Assembly: GCA_048941265.1 (NCBI GenBank)
Contig: JBHLNT010000041.1
Location: 1 to 28,027, forward strand
Direction: 5' to 3'
DNA from: Promethearchaeota archaeon
Lineage (GTDB): Archaea; Asgardarchaeota; Lokiarchaeia; Sigyniarchaeales; SOKP01
Length of the DNA stretch: 28,027 nt
Shown here: positions 7,905-16,923 of the stretch, piece after piece
How positions within the stretch are numbered: position 1 is the first letter of the stretch
Layout: each line of letters opens with the position of its first letter
Translations under genes and position numbers: made by a program
Notes under the pieces: model-generated
What the model was told of the DNA's origin: nothing
The model's input: only the letters and a program-made list of their open reading frames with translations
Databases searched by the model: none

Positions 7905-9164
7905 ATGAAAAAAATCACCGGTGTAAATATTTTAGATGATGACATTAGAAAAAAATTAATTACTAGGAATATCTACGAAATCTTCAATAATTTTATTATT
8001 CCGCTCATAACAAAAGAAGAACAGGAATTTTTAAGAGAACTGGAGGATTTTCTGATCAAAGAAGTAGAACCTAAGATTGATCTTAATAATGATGTATATG
8101 AGCTCTTCCCTATTATTGCTAAAAAGAATTATATGCAAAGATTAAATCAATACGGAGATTCCGAAAGGTACGGAATGCGCTATGAAATTTTACTTGCCAT
8201 GGCAATGTCAATTATTGATCCCGAACTCGATCTCGCCCGTGTAGTTTCGGGGGTTATTTTTGCAAACCCGCTCTTTCAATTTGGAAAGAATGACCATCAA
8301 TTAGAGATTTTAGATAATATAATGATGGGAAAGAAAATAGGATGTATCTGCATCACCGAAAAATACCATGGATCGGACGCCGTTAATATGAAAACGCAAA
8401 TTCAAGAGGAGGATGATCATGTTATTGTTAATGGGGAAAAATTATATACAACTAATGGATCTATAGCAGATTATTTTATTGTTTACGGTGTATCTAATCC
8501 ATATGATCCACGGGGATCAATGTATCAAGTAATCGCCGAACGTGAGTTTGAGGGACTTGAGACCCATAGGTTAGGTGTGCAGTCGATTCCAAGAGTGCAA
8601 ATCGGGCAGACGATATTTAATAACGTTAAAATTCCACAGGAAAATATTCTGGGAACTAGGGGGCAAGGTTATAACAATCTATTCTCCGGACTTGTGGCAG
8701 AACGGGATGCCATAATCGGCTCGAGTTTAGGAATTAGCTGGTTGACAGCAATAACTGCGCTCATTTATACAAACTGTAGGGTTCAGTTTGGAAGACCCCT
8801 TTATGATTTTCAAGCGGTTTCATTCCCGATAACCCAACTATTCACTGAATTAATGGCCGCTACGGAGTTCGGATTTAAAGCTGCGTCGGAATATCGGAAA
8901 ACTCTGGAACATTCTGATTTAAAATTTATTAAATATAATGCTGCGTTTAGCTCGGGGACGAAATTTTTTGCGTCTAATCTAGCCCATAAAATATCCTACG
9001 AAACCCAGCAATTATGCGGTGGAATCGCCTTCACAGATAATCTCCGAATAGATAAAGCCTTAGAAGTTAGTAAAGTACAGGAAATAATCGGTGGGGCAAG
9101 AAATATCCAACTTTATTTAGTTAGTAGAGCAATTAAAGATATATTCAAACGATTAGCATTATGA
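7905..9164 (+). CDS. Acyl-CoA dehydrogenase family protein (divergent)
   Basis: TEKYHGSDA, NGEKLYTTNG, LVAERD, RVQFGRPL, QLCGG, IIGGARNIQ. Confidence 0.9.
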   Translation: MKKITGVNILDDDIRKKLITRNIYEIFNNFIIPLITKEEQEFLRELEDFLIKEVEPKIDLNNDVYELFPIIAKKNYMQRLNQYGDSERYGMRYEILLAMAMSIIDPELDLARVVSGVIFANPLFQFGKNDHQLEILDNIMMGKKIGCICITEKYHGSDAVNMKTQIQEEDDHVIVNGEKLYTTNGSIADYFIVYGVSNPYDPRGSMYQVIAEREFEGLETHRLGVQSIPRVQIGQTIFNNVKIPQENILGTRGQGYNNLFSGLVAERDAIIGSSLGISWLTAITALIYTNCRVQFGRPLYDFQAVSFPITQLFTELMAATEFGFKAASEYRKTLEHSDLKFIKYNAAFSSGTKFFASNLAHKISYETQQLCGGIAFTDNLRIDKALEVSKVQEIIGGARNIQLYLVSRAIKDIFKRLAL

Positions 9165-9184
9165 GGAAATAAGAAAAATTAAAC

Positions 9185-9366
9185 ATGGAAATCAGAGCTG
9201 TTAAGAGAGAAGAGATAAACGATTTACGGAATTTCATCTAAATCCACATGCTTATAAAAATGTCAGGATGGATGAAGAGCCTTTAAATAATTTTTATTTT
9301 AATAAAATACCTATTAACAATAACCTGTTTGATAGACTTAAATATTTAAAGGAATTGGAAAACTGA
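9185..9366 (+). pseudogene. Possible degraded gene fragment (GNAT-like N-terminus?)
   Basis: ATG at 9185 gives MEIRAVKREEINDLRNFI*. An overlapping frame continues ...HLNPHAYKNVRMDEEPLNN...LKELEN* to 9366. Weak resemblance only. Confidence 0.2.
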
Positions 9367-9492
9367 TTGATTAGCGACTTTTAACTTTTGGACAACTTGG
9401 AAAGAACAAAAATATTTAGAAATAAATATTAAAAGAGTCTTTAATAATTCATTTGGAATGGAATAAAAAAAAGGATTAAAAGATTTTATTTA

Positions 9493-10344
9493 TTAATAAT
9501 TATAAAATCCTTGTTTAGATTTTCTTCCTAATAAATTATTACCAACCATTTCTTTTAGAAGAAGGCTTGGTCTATATTTTTCTCCTAAAGCTTCTCCTAA
9601 ATATTCTCCAATATGTAAATATATATCATTTCCTACTAAATCGGAAAGTTCTAACGGTCCCATTGGAAAATTGAATGCTAATTTACAAGCAACATCGATA
9701 TCTTCAGTGCTTGCAATTCCCTCCATTTTCAGTTTAACTGCTTCATTACACAGCACATAAATAAGGCGCGTTGTTACAAAACCGGGCGCATCTTTTACGC
9801 TAACTACGGTCTTATTGAGACTTTCTGAAAACTTTTTTGATGTTTCAAATACCTCTTCAGAGGTATTCTTACTCTTGATTAATTCAATTAGTTTCATTAC
9901 TGGTGCTGGATTAAAGAAATGGATGCCTACGATCCTTTCCTGTATTTTAGATTTGGATGCCATCTCGGTTATACTTAAAGAAGATGTATTGGATGCTAAT
10001 ATCACACTTTTATCGCAAATTGCATCTAACTCTGAAAATAGCTTCTGTTTTAAAGTCATATCTTCAAAAACAGCTTCTATTACCATTTGAACATCTTTAA
10101 CTGATTCATCTCTATTAGTACTTAAATTAATACGGTTAAGGATAGCATCTGCTTCTTCAGCAGTAATTTTATTTTTCGCTACAAAAAATCGTTCCAAGTT
10201 CTTTTGAATCGCGCTTTTAGCTTTATTTAAAATATCATCGTTTACATCTACCAAGTTCACATCATATCCATGAGTTGCGGCTAATTGTGCAATACCATGA
10301 CCCATAATACCTGCCCCAATTACGCATATCTTTTTAATTTCCAT
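9493..10344 (-). CDS. hbd: 3-hydroxybutyryl/3-hydroxyacyl-CoA dehydrogenase (NAD-dependent)
   Basis: GAGIMGHGIA, IEAVFE, SNTSSLSI, GIHFFNPAPVMKLIE, PGFV, PMGPLELSD. Start is ATG 10344, or GTG 10353 which overlaps the upstream stop. Confidence 0.93.
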   Translation of the reverse strand: MEIKKICVIGAGIMGHGIAQLAATHGYDVNLVDVNDDILNKAKSAIQKNLERFFVAKNKITAEEADAILNRINLSTNRDESVKDVQMVIEAVFEDMTLKQKLFSELDAICDKSVILASNTSSLSITEMASKSKIQERIVGIHFFNPAPVMKLIELIKSKNTSEEVFETSKKFSESLNKTVVSVKDAPGFVTTRLIYVLCNEAVKLKMEGIASTEDIDVACKLAFNFPMGPLELSDLVGNDIYLHIGEYLGEALGEKYRPSLLLKEMVGNNLLGRKSKQGFYNY

Positions 10345-10352
10345 AAACCTCA

Positions 10353-11144
10353 CTATTTCCTAAATTGATTAAAATTTGCTTTACGCTTTTCTACAAATGC
10401 ATTTTTTCCTTCTACGGCCTCATCGGTACCATAGTAAAGAGACAATCCACCAACTCCTAATTGAGTAACTCCCGTTACTCCATCAGTCTCGGCTAGAAAG
10501 GCATATTTCAGCATTTTCAATGCTGTTGGGCTTTTCTCTAAAAGTTCTTGACACCATTGGTTGACCTCATCATCCAATTTGTCATATGGCACTACAGCGT
10601 TTACAAGTCCCATTTCTAAAGCTTGTTGTGCTGTATAACGCCGGCAGAGATACCAAATCTCTTTCGCTCGTTTAATCCCTACCGCTCTCATTAAATCGCC
10701 AGTTCCATATCCAGGATCGAAAGAACCTACTCGAGGTCCTGCTTGTCCAAGTTGTGCATGCTCTGCAGCAATGCTAAGGTCACAATTAACGTGCCATACA
10801 TGACCTCCTCCGATTGCATAACCGTTCACTCGTGCAATAACTGGTTTAGGCAAAGTACGGATAAGAAGAGTTACTCGTTGCCATCCAACCTCAAGAGGTA
10901 ACATATACTTTCCTTTATAACCTCCTTTCTCACGGATTGTTTGGTCGCCTCCAGTACAAAAAGCCTTTTCTCCAGCTCCCGTAAACACAACAACACCAAT
11001 TTCATTGTCCATACAGCGATTGAAAGCGTCGATGAGTTCATGAACGGTTTGTTGTGTACATGCATTATAACGCTCCGGTCGATTGATGGTTATACGGGCG
11101 ATTCTATCTTTTGTTTCAAAAATTATTTCCTCATAATCACTCAT
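10353..11144 (-). CDS. menB: Crotonase of the MenB (1,4-dihydroxy-2-naphthoyl-CoA synthase) / BadI (2-ketocyclohexanecarboxyl-CoA hydrolase) subfamily
   Basis: ITINRPERYNA, AFCTGGDQ, GYAIGGGHV, GPRVGSFDPGYG, KEIWYLCRRY, SPTAL, LYYGTDEAVEG. MenB versus BadI function is unresolved, so the symbol is family-level. Confidence 0.8.
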   Translation of the reverse strand: MSDYEEIIFETKDRIARITINRPERYNACTQQTVHELIDAFNRCMDNEIGVVVFTGAGEKAFCTGGDQTIREKGGYKGKYMLPLEVGWQRVTLLIRTLPKPVIARVNGYAIGGGHVWHVNCDLSIAAEHAQLGQAGPRVGSFDPGYGTGDLMRAVGIKRAKEIWYLCRRYTAQQALEMGLVNAVVPYDKLDDEVNQWCQELLEKSPTALKMLKYAFLAETDGVTGVTQLGVGGLSLYYGTDEAVEGKNAFVEKRKANFNQFRK

Positions 11145-11189
11145 TATTATCAACTTCGCAATATAATTGTAATTTAAATTCTATTATTT

Positions 11190-11206
11190 AATCATTAAAA
11201 ATGATT
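11190..11206. promoter_or_regulatory. Palindrome AATCATT-N3-AATGATT, candidate operator between the TATA box and start of the crotonase-hbd operon
   Basis: Perfect 7-bp arms, adjacent to TTTATATA on the minus strand at ~11213-11220. Confidence 0.35.
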
Positions 11207-11294
11207 TCAAAATATATAAAACAATCTTTCTTGAAAAGGATTAAGATATTTACATCTTAAAATTTAGATTAACTTTCAAATCGCGATTAATTTT

Positions 11295-11831
11295 TTAGAG
11301 ATTCATTTTTTCCTTAATTTCTTTCAACATTTTAGGACCCTCTTGATTGATTTCAGTTAAGAGGTCACGCAATATCTCGTTAATTTCAATATTTTTCAAT
11401 TCAGATGCGATATATAATAGTGATATTACTTCCTTTGTGAGCATTTGAATACTTCTTATATCATTTATAGGAATTCTAATACCTAATGATTTTAAATCTT
11501 GAGAAGTTTCATTATCAAATTGTCTTATGGTGATTAATATATCATTTTTTCTTCCTTTCCACTCTTCGGTAATAGCTCGTATAGAAAGAAAGTACTTTTT
11601 CGTCGGACTGCCGATGCCATAAATATCTTGAGCAAACTCTAAAGGTTCAGAATTTCTAAGGGATTTTAACCCAAAAGAACGGTTAAATTTATTCATTTTA
11701 TCAAATTTTCGATTCATGTGTGAAATTTCTTCAGTAAGCTGTTCCACTTTTAACGACAATTTTCCAAATTTTTCCAAAAAAATTTCCCTCAGCTCTAGAT
11801 TGCTTTCACTTTGATTCATTTTAAACTCCAT
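11295..11831 (-). CDS. Hypothetical protein: N-terminal coiled coil plus possible PC4/Sub1-like ssDNA-binding domain
   Basis: 178-aa ORF. The segment 'EEWKGRKNDILITIRQF...KSLGIRI' resembles the PC4 pattern 'xFKGKxxIDIRxY...KGISL' by eye. Confidence 0.7.
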   Translation of the reverse strand: MEFKMNQSESNLELREIFLEKFGKLSLKVEQLTEEISHMNRKFDKMNKFNRSFGLKSLRNSEPLEFAQDIYGIGSPTKKYFLSIRAITEEWKGRKNDILITIRQFDNETSQDLKSLGIRIPINDIRSIQMLTKEVISLLYIASELKNIEINEILRDLLTEINQEGPKMLKEIKEKMNL

Positions 11832-11995
11832 AAATTATTAAGCATGATATTTTTTCAACTAATCTTTAATAAATCTAATTATTAAAACATTAATCTATAT
11901 AGGTTTTGTAATTTGTAATCTTAAAAAAATTCTCCAATCCTTAATAAATAAAAAGATCAAGAAAAAAAAAGAAAAAAATAAGATTAAAATCCAGT

Positions 11996-13027
11996 CTATA
12001 CTGTTTCCTTATTTTGTTCCCTCTCTTTATTCACTTTACTATAAGTAATAATTCCATAAAGGCCCGTTATAAAAAGTAATGGAATGAATAAAAGAAAACT
12101 CCATATAGCTCCAATTCGACTAGCATCTATGGCTGTTATTTCTGTAGCTCCAAATTCATAAGCTGCCTTAGAAAAGATTAAAAGGATTAAAATCGCATCA
12201 GCTTTAAGAAATTTAACCTTCTTACTGATAATATCTGCTCTTTCTCCAATAAGTTTTCCAATAGTATAAAGAATAAGAAATAAATCAAAAAGATATAATG
12301 CAATAATAATTGGTAGGCGATATTGACTCTCGGAAGAACTTAGAGTAAAATATACCATTAACATCAAATATAATGTATATATAGCCACCCATATAAAGAA
12401 AAATCCTAACCACGCATTCAGTTTCCTCCGTAATACTAATAATCCGCCTATGACCGCAAAAAAAATAACAATAATCGTTAAAATAAGAGCAAATATACCA
12501 AATGCAAATTGGATTTCCAAATCTTGGTGTTGTAATGCTATGCCTAGTCTCGTAATTGAAAGCATAAAAAATATAGCAATTAGGGTTCCACCTAGAAAAA
12601 CAACCCATCTAAGCCACATCCAACCTTTATTGTATATTTTATCATCCCATGCAACACCTAAATGGTAGCAAGAATACATTAAAAAAGTTGCAGTAATCGT
12701 GACGTAAAGAACTATCCCAAATATGAAAAATCCTTGAAAAAAAAGATACCCAAGATAAAAACGCATTATAAGCAAAAATGTTATTGCTATTGCGATGATG
12801 AGATATAGTATTATTTGTTTATGAGACAAATGTTTTAAATCTATTTGAAAAATCAGTGTGGCGATGATTAATACTATGCAGATACCCAGAAGAAAAACAA
12901 AAATATAAGTTCCTAATCCAAATAAACCAAACTGAGCAAATGTAAACCCGATAACAAGCAATAGAACGAGAATTAAAAAGAGCCTATTTTCCTTATCTAG
13001 AATTTTTTTTAAATCGGTAAATACCAT
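11996..13027 (-). CDS. Polytopic membrane protein (~10 TM), paralog of 13165-14319
   Basis: Very hydrophobic. Shares motifs with its neighbour (GFTFxQF, WxGxFFxWVAIYTxYLM, TIGxLIxE, ADxILxxLIFS). Confidence 0.85.
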   Translation of the reverse strand: MVFTDLKKILDKENRLFLILVLLLVIGFTFAQFGLFGLGTYIFVFLLGICIVLIIATLIFQIDLKHLSHKQIILYLIIAIAITFLLIMRFYLGYLFFQGFFIFGIVLYVTITATFLMYSCYHLGVAWDDKIYNKGWMWLRWVVFLGGTLIAIFFMLSITRLGIALQHQDLEIQFAFGIFALILTIIVIFFAVIGGLLVLRRKLNAWLGFFFIWVAIYTLYLMLMVYFTLSSSESQYRLPIIIALYLFDLFLILYTIGKLIGERADIISKKVKFLKADAILILLIFSKAAYEFGATEITAIDASRIGAIWSFLLFIPLLFITGLYGIITYSKVNKEREQNKETV

Positions 13028-13049
13028 GAAATTATATTAAAGCTCTGTT

Positions 13050-13066
13050 TATTTAAAATTTTTTAA
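13050..13066 (-). promoter_or_regulatory. BRE/TATA-like promoter element TTAAAAAATTTTAAATA
   Basis: Ends ~22 nt upstream of ATG 13027. An identical 17-mer lies at 14383-14399, upstream of the paralog. Confidence 0.55.
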
Positions 13067-13164
13067 AGATCTCATTAATAGAGAAATAATGAATTGATTG
13101 ATTTTTCAATCATAACCAAAAAAAAAATTTCAAAGTAAAAATTTAAAAAAAAATTTAAAAAAAA

Positions 13165-14319
13165 TTAATTTAATTCTGCTCCACATTGTAGACAGAATTT
13201 ATCGCTTTCACTATTCACAGCTCCACATTGCTTACAAAGGATTTGTTCTTTTTCGATGACGCCCTCCTCCTTTGCTTCTTTTTCTAGCTTCTGTATTTTT
13301 CCCTCCTGAGTGATTTCGTCATAGTTACGAATCCCATAAATAGTCAAAATGATGAGAAATGGAATAAACAAAATATATACAGCAATGTATCTCACCATAT
13401 CAACTTCTGCAGTTTCAAGACCGCTAAGAAATGTAAAAATAGTGATACTAAAAATTAACCACATTAAAATTGTATCTGCGCCAAAAATTCTTAGTTTTGC
13501 TTTAAGAATTTCTGTTTTTTCTGCAATTAGACCTCCTATCGTATTGAGTAAGAGAAAAAGATTTAAAAAATAAAGTAAAATTTGGAGCGGAATTGATGTC
13601 GAAGTAGCTCCACCCTCCGAAGTCCTTCTATAAATAATAGAAACCATTAAGTATATCGTGTAAATAGCAACCCATACAAAAAAAATGCCCATCCAAGAAT
13701 GTAATCTACCCTTTAAAGCGTGAAATCCTCCAATTAGGCTAAAAAAGATGATGATGATAATGATAATTATTGCGACAAAAGCAGTAGAAAAACCAATAGC
13801 TTCCTGTGTTCCCCCCGTTATTGATTCTGAAATTATTATAGCAGATATTAGTGAAATTATAGAGATTAGGATACCTCCAAGAAAAAAGCACCATCTCTCA
13901 AACCTTCTAATACGTCCCGATAATTTATAAATATAAGAATCAATTTGCAATCCCAGCTTGTAGAAGTAATACATCGTGAAAATGGAAGTGATTAATATGT
14001 ATGAAATTATTGCCAGATAAAGGAGTACGACGAATAAAAAAAGGAAAAGATTGATAAACACAAGTATTAAAACAATAAAAACAATGATAGTTATGATTAA
14101 TCTCTTTCTTGTCATATCTCTAAGCCTTTTCTTATATGAAAGAATTGAAATTAAGAATAGTATAAATGAAAGTACCATGAGGGGAATAAATACAACAATC
14201 CCAACAATATAGAGAATTTCAAACTGAAAAAATGTAAACCCGAGAATCAGCCACACGATTAGTATTAAATATAAACGATATTCTTTTTCCTTAAGCAGCA
14301 GTAAATCTTTAAATGCCAT
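13165..14319 (-). CDS. Polytopic membrane protein (~10 TM) with C-terminal zinc ribbon
   Basis: Paralog of 11996-13027 with an added tail CKQCGAVNSESDKFCLQCGAEL. Confidence 0.85.
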   Translation of the reverse strand: MAFKDLLLLKEKEYRLYLILIVWLILGFTFFQFEILYIVGIVVFIPLMVLSFILFLISILSYKKRLRDMTRKRLIITIIVFIVLILVFINLFLFLFVVLLYLAIISYILITSIFTMYYFYKLGLQIDSYIYKLSGRIRRFERWCFFLGGILISIISLISAIIISESITGGTQEAIGFSTAFVAIIIIIIIIFFSLIGGFHALKGRLHSWMGIFFVWVAIYTIYLMVSIIYRRTSEGGATSTSIPLQILLYFLNLFLLLNTIGGLIAEKTEILKAKLRIFGADTILMWLIFSITIFTFLSGLETAEVDMVRYIAVYILFIPFLIILTIYGIRNYDEITQEGKIQKLEKEAKEEGVIEKEQILCKQCGAVNSESDKFCLQCGAELN

Positions 14320-14360
14320 TATAAGAACCTGATTTTATTATAGTTAGTAAAATTTTTTGT

Positions 14361-14381
14361 ACGTAGTAAGAAAAACTACGT
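14361..14381. promoter_or_regulatory. Palindrome ACGTAGT-N7-ACTACGT, candidate operator
   Basis: Perfect 7-bp GC-containing arms immediately downstream (minus strand) of the TATA-like element at 14383-14399. Confidence 0.5.
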
Positions 14382-14382
14382 G

Positions 14383-14399
14383 TATTTAAAATTTTTTAA
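14383..14399 (-). promoter_or_regulatory. BRE/TATA-like promoter element, identical to 13050-13066
   Basis: tatttaaaattttttaa on the + strand at both sites. Confidence 0.55.
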
Positions 14400-14412
14400 T
14401 TTCCAAGGATCG

Positions 14413-15216
14413 TTAAAAAAACTCAGAGATTTTCTTTTGTTGGTTAAAACGTTTTATGGGTATGTTAAATCTCTTTTTAAGCTCATTAGCAGATTCGGGC
14501 GCGAATCCTGCGAAATGATTATTTACAATAATAAAGATTTCATAGATTTCAGGTGATTGAGTTAAGTTTTGGATTTTTTGAGTTAAATCATTTATAGCAT
14601 CCTCTTGCTTTCTTTGGATTCGGTTGAAAACATTTAACTCGCGATCCCCTATTAATCTAATATAATATTTTCTTTGGTTCGGCATATAATACGGTGTTAC
14701 TCCAGGAATATAAGTGGTTCCGAGGATGATTCTTGATCTATCAATTATTTTAGATATAACCTCGGCATCAAACCAGGAATTATCGCGCAATTCGATTACA
14801 TAATTATATTCCAAAGGAATTTGCTTTAAAAGGGTTGATAATTGTTTAAAGTGTTTCTCCGAATATTTAAACCAAGGAGGAAATTGGATTAGAAATTTTG
14901 ATATTTTTTCTTTTAAAAATGCCATGCGGGAATAAAATTGCGCGATATGGCTCTCTAATTCAGGGTCATTTAGGTTATGGGATATTTTTTGCCACACTTT
15001 AACGATATAGCGAAATGATTTTGGAACACGCTCAACCCAATTAATTACCATTTCTTCGGAAGGTAAATTGTAAAACGTTGAATTTATTTCTACTATATCA
15101 AAATATTTGGTATAATATTCTAAATGATGAAATCTCTCCATATTCTTTGGATAAAAGGGACCTACCCAATCATTATAATCCCAACCAGCACATCCAATAA
15201 GAATTTTGGTCTGCAT
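14413..15216 (-). CDS. DUF72 (YecE-like) family protein
   Basis: IGCAGWDYNDWVGPFYP, VEINSTFY, QFPP, IELRDNSW, YIRLIG, NNHFAGFAP. Confidence 0.93.
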   Translation of the reverse strand: MQTKILIGCAGWDYNDWVGPFYPKNMERFHHLEYYTKYFDIVEINSTFYNLPSEEMVINWVERVPKSFRYIVKVWQKISHNLNDPELESHIAQFYSRMAFLKEKISKFLIQFPPWFKYSEKHFKQLSTLLKQIPLEYNYVIELRDNSWFDAEVISKIIDRSRIILGTTYIPGVTPYYMPNQRKYYIRLIGDRELNVFNRIQRKQEDAINDLTQKIQNLTQSPEIYEIFIIVNNHFAGFAPESANELKKRFNIPIKRFNQQKKISEFF

Positions 15217-15313
15217 TTAAAAAAAATATATTATTAATAGAATTATATATATAGCATATATACTTCTAAATGAAATTAAATGTTATATTTCATAAAAAAG
15301 GATTATTGAATTC

Positions 15314-16867
15314 ATGGACTCAAGAGAGACGGACTTTGATATAACTGGTTTTAAAAAATGGAAAGAATCCTCAATGGAGCGTCATGATATCTATAATTTT
15401 GAGTCGAAAATAGATTACATCTTAGAGAGAACACCTACAGAGAAGAAATCTTCTTATCTTCTTGAAGTATATTTTTTTATTCCTGAGAGTCTCCAGATAA
15501 ATAAGGAAAGCTATTCTAAGGAACAATTCTTTTTAGATTTAAACAATCGAATACGTTTTAAAACCCCTCAGATGACCATTCAAGGACTTCTTGATGAACA
15601 GAATAAATTATCCCCAATATACGTACTTTTAAAAAATTTAAAAAAGATAGAATATGGAGAAACATCTCCTGAAATAAAAATACGAATTGAAAGAGAGATT
15701 CGATTACTAGCGTGCATAGTAAAGGTATCTTTGAGGGATCAGTTTTCTTATATTTTAACATTTTATGAAAAGTTAAAGGAACATGGTAATCTTGCCACTA
15801 TTATTAATAACTTTTTGAGTGATATTGAAAGATTAGAGTCAAAAATGGATTTTTTGAGAACGAATTTTTCAATTTCTCAAATGCCATATCAATTACGCGA
15901 AGCCCTACAATTTGCTGATGAATATATTAGCCTTCAAATAAAAACATGGATGGCTCGAACAATAAAAGGATTAGAAAAACAACTAGATACTACTATTCGT
16001 AATAAATTGATACAGATAATTGAAAGAGAGCAAAATTTCAGAAAAAATATTAACAGCCGATTGGTTTTAAAACAGAATTCTAAAAATGAAGATTTTACTT
16101 ATTATGAAAGCATCTTAAAAAAATATGTACAAGGTGTTCTTTATTTGGAAAAAAAGAAAAAAGATCCAAAATCACGTTCTTTAGAATTTCTATATTCGTT
16201 TGCTGCAGGAGTTGCTATGTTTATGTCTCTATTTCTGACGGTCTTATTACTAACTGCTTATGAAGTTAATTCAATCCCATTTATCATATTAGTTATTGTA
16301 ATTTATGTTTTTAAGGACCGTATAAAAGAAATATCTAGAGGTTATTCACAGAAGGCTGTCGGATTGGTTTTTCCAGACCAACGGGTCGATATTGTAGACA
16401 ATTTTTATCAAGTAACTATAGGAGAGAGCCGAGAAAAAGTAAATTTTATAGAGGGGCATCAAGTACCCAATGAAATACTTCAAGTGAGAAGTTCTAGTAA
16501 TAAAAGTCCATTAGAGGTGGAAGGGAAACCAGAGGTGGTTCTATATTATATTCAGAAAATAAGTTTATTAGATGAAAAAATTGATGAGATCCATACAAGA
16601 AAGAAAGATCTCTCTCATATTATCAGGTTCAATATTCAAGATTTTTTGAAATATGCTGATGATCCAATTCAACATGAATTTTTATGGAATAGTGAAACAA
16701 ATAAAGTTGAGGAAATTTCAATTTCAAAAGTATACCATCTAAATATAATTTTAAAACTCTCTTCTTACAAAGGAAAACAAGTAAAAAGACTCTTTTTTAA
16801 GAAGTTTAGAGTTATTATGGATCAAAATGGTATAAAAAGAATAGAAAACTTGAATATCTCATTATAA
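15314..16867 (+). CDS. Hypothetical protein with a large soluble N-domain, 2 TM helices and a soluble C-domain
   Basis: 517-aa ORF with a hydrophobic hairpin 'FLYSFAAGVAMFMSLFLTVLLL...IPFIILVIVIYVF' followed by KDRIKE. Confidence 0.85.
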   Translation: MDSRETDFDITGFKKWKESSMERHDIYNFESKIDYILERTPTEKKSSYLLEVYFFIPESLQINKESYSKEQFFLDLNNRIRFKTPQMTIQGLLDEQNKLSPIYVLLKNLKKIEYGETSPEIKIRIEREIRLLACIVKVSLRDQFSYILTFYEKLKEHGNLATIINNFLSDIERLESKMDFLRTNFSISQMPYQLREALQFADEYISLQIKTWMARTIKGLEKQLDTTIRNKLIQIIEREQNFRKNINSRLVLKQNSKNEDFTYYESILKKYVQGVLYLEKKKKDPKSRSLEFLYSFAAGVAMFMSLFLTVLLLTAYEVNSIPFIILVIVIYVFKDRIKEISRGYSQKAVGLVFPDQRVDIVDNFYQVTIGESREKVNFIEGHQVPNEILQVRSSSNKSPLEVEGKPEVVLYYIQKISLLDEKIDEIHTRKKDLSHIIRFNIQDFLKYADDPIQHEFLWNSETNKVEEISISKVYHLNIILKLSSYKGKQVKRLFFKKFRVIMDQNGIKRIENLNISL

Positions 16868-16923
16868 TTTTTTTATTTCTAACAAAAATCTTTAATAGAT
16901 CTTCAATAGATGTATATGTAAGT

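Noticed and set aside
9815-13930. Short ORFs at 9815, 10871, 10941, 12285, 12450, 13349 and 13748
   Set aside because: All lie wholly or mostly within stronger CDS, in alternative frames or antisense, with no recognisable motifs.
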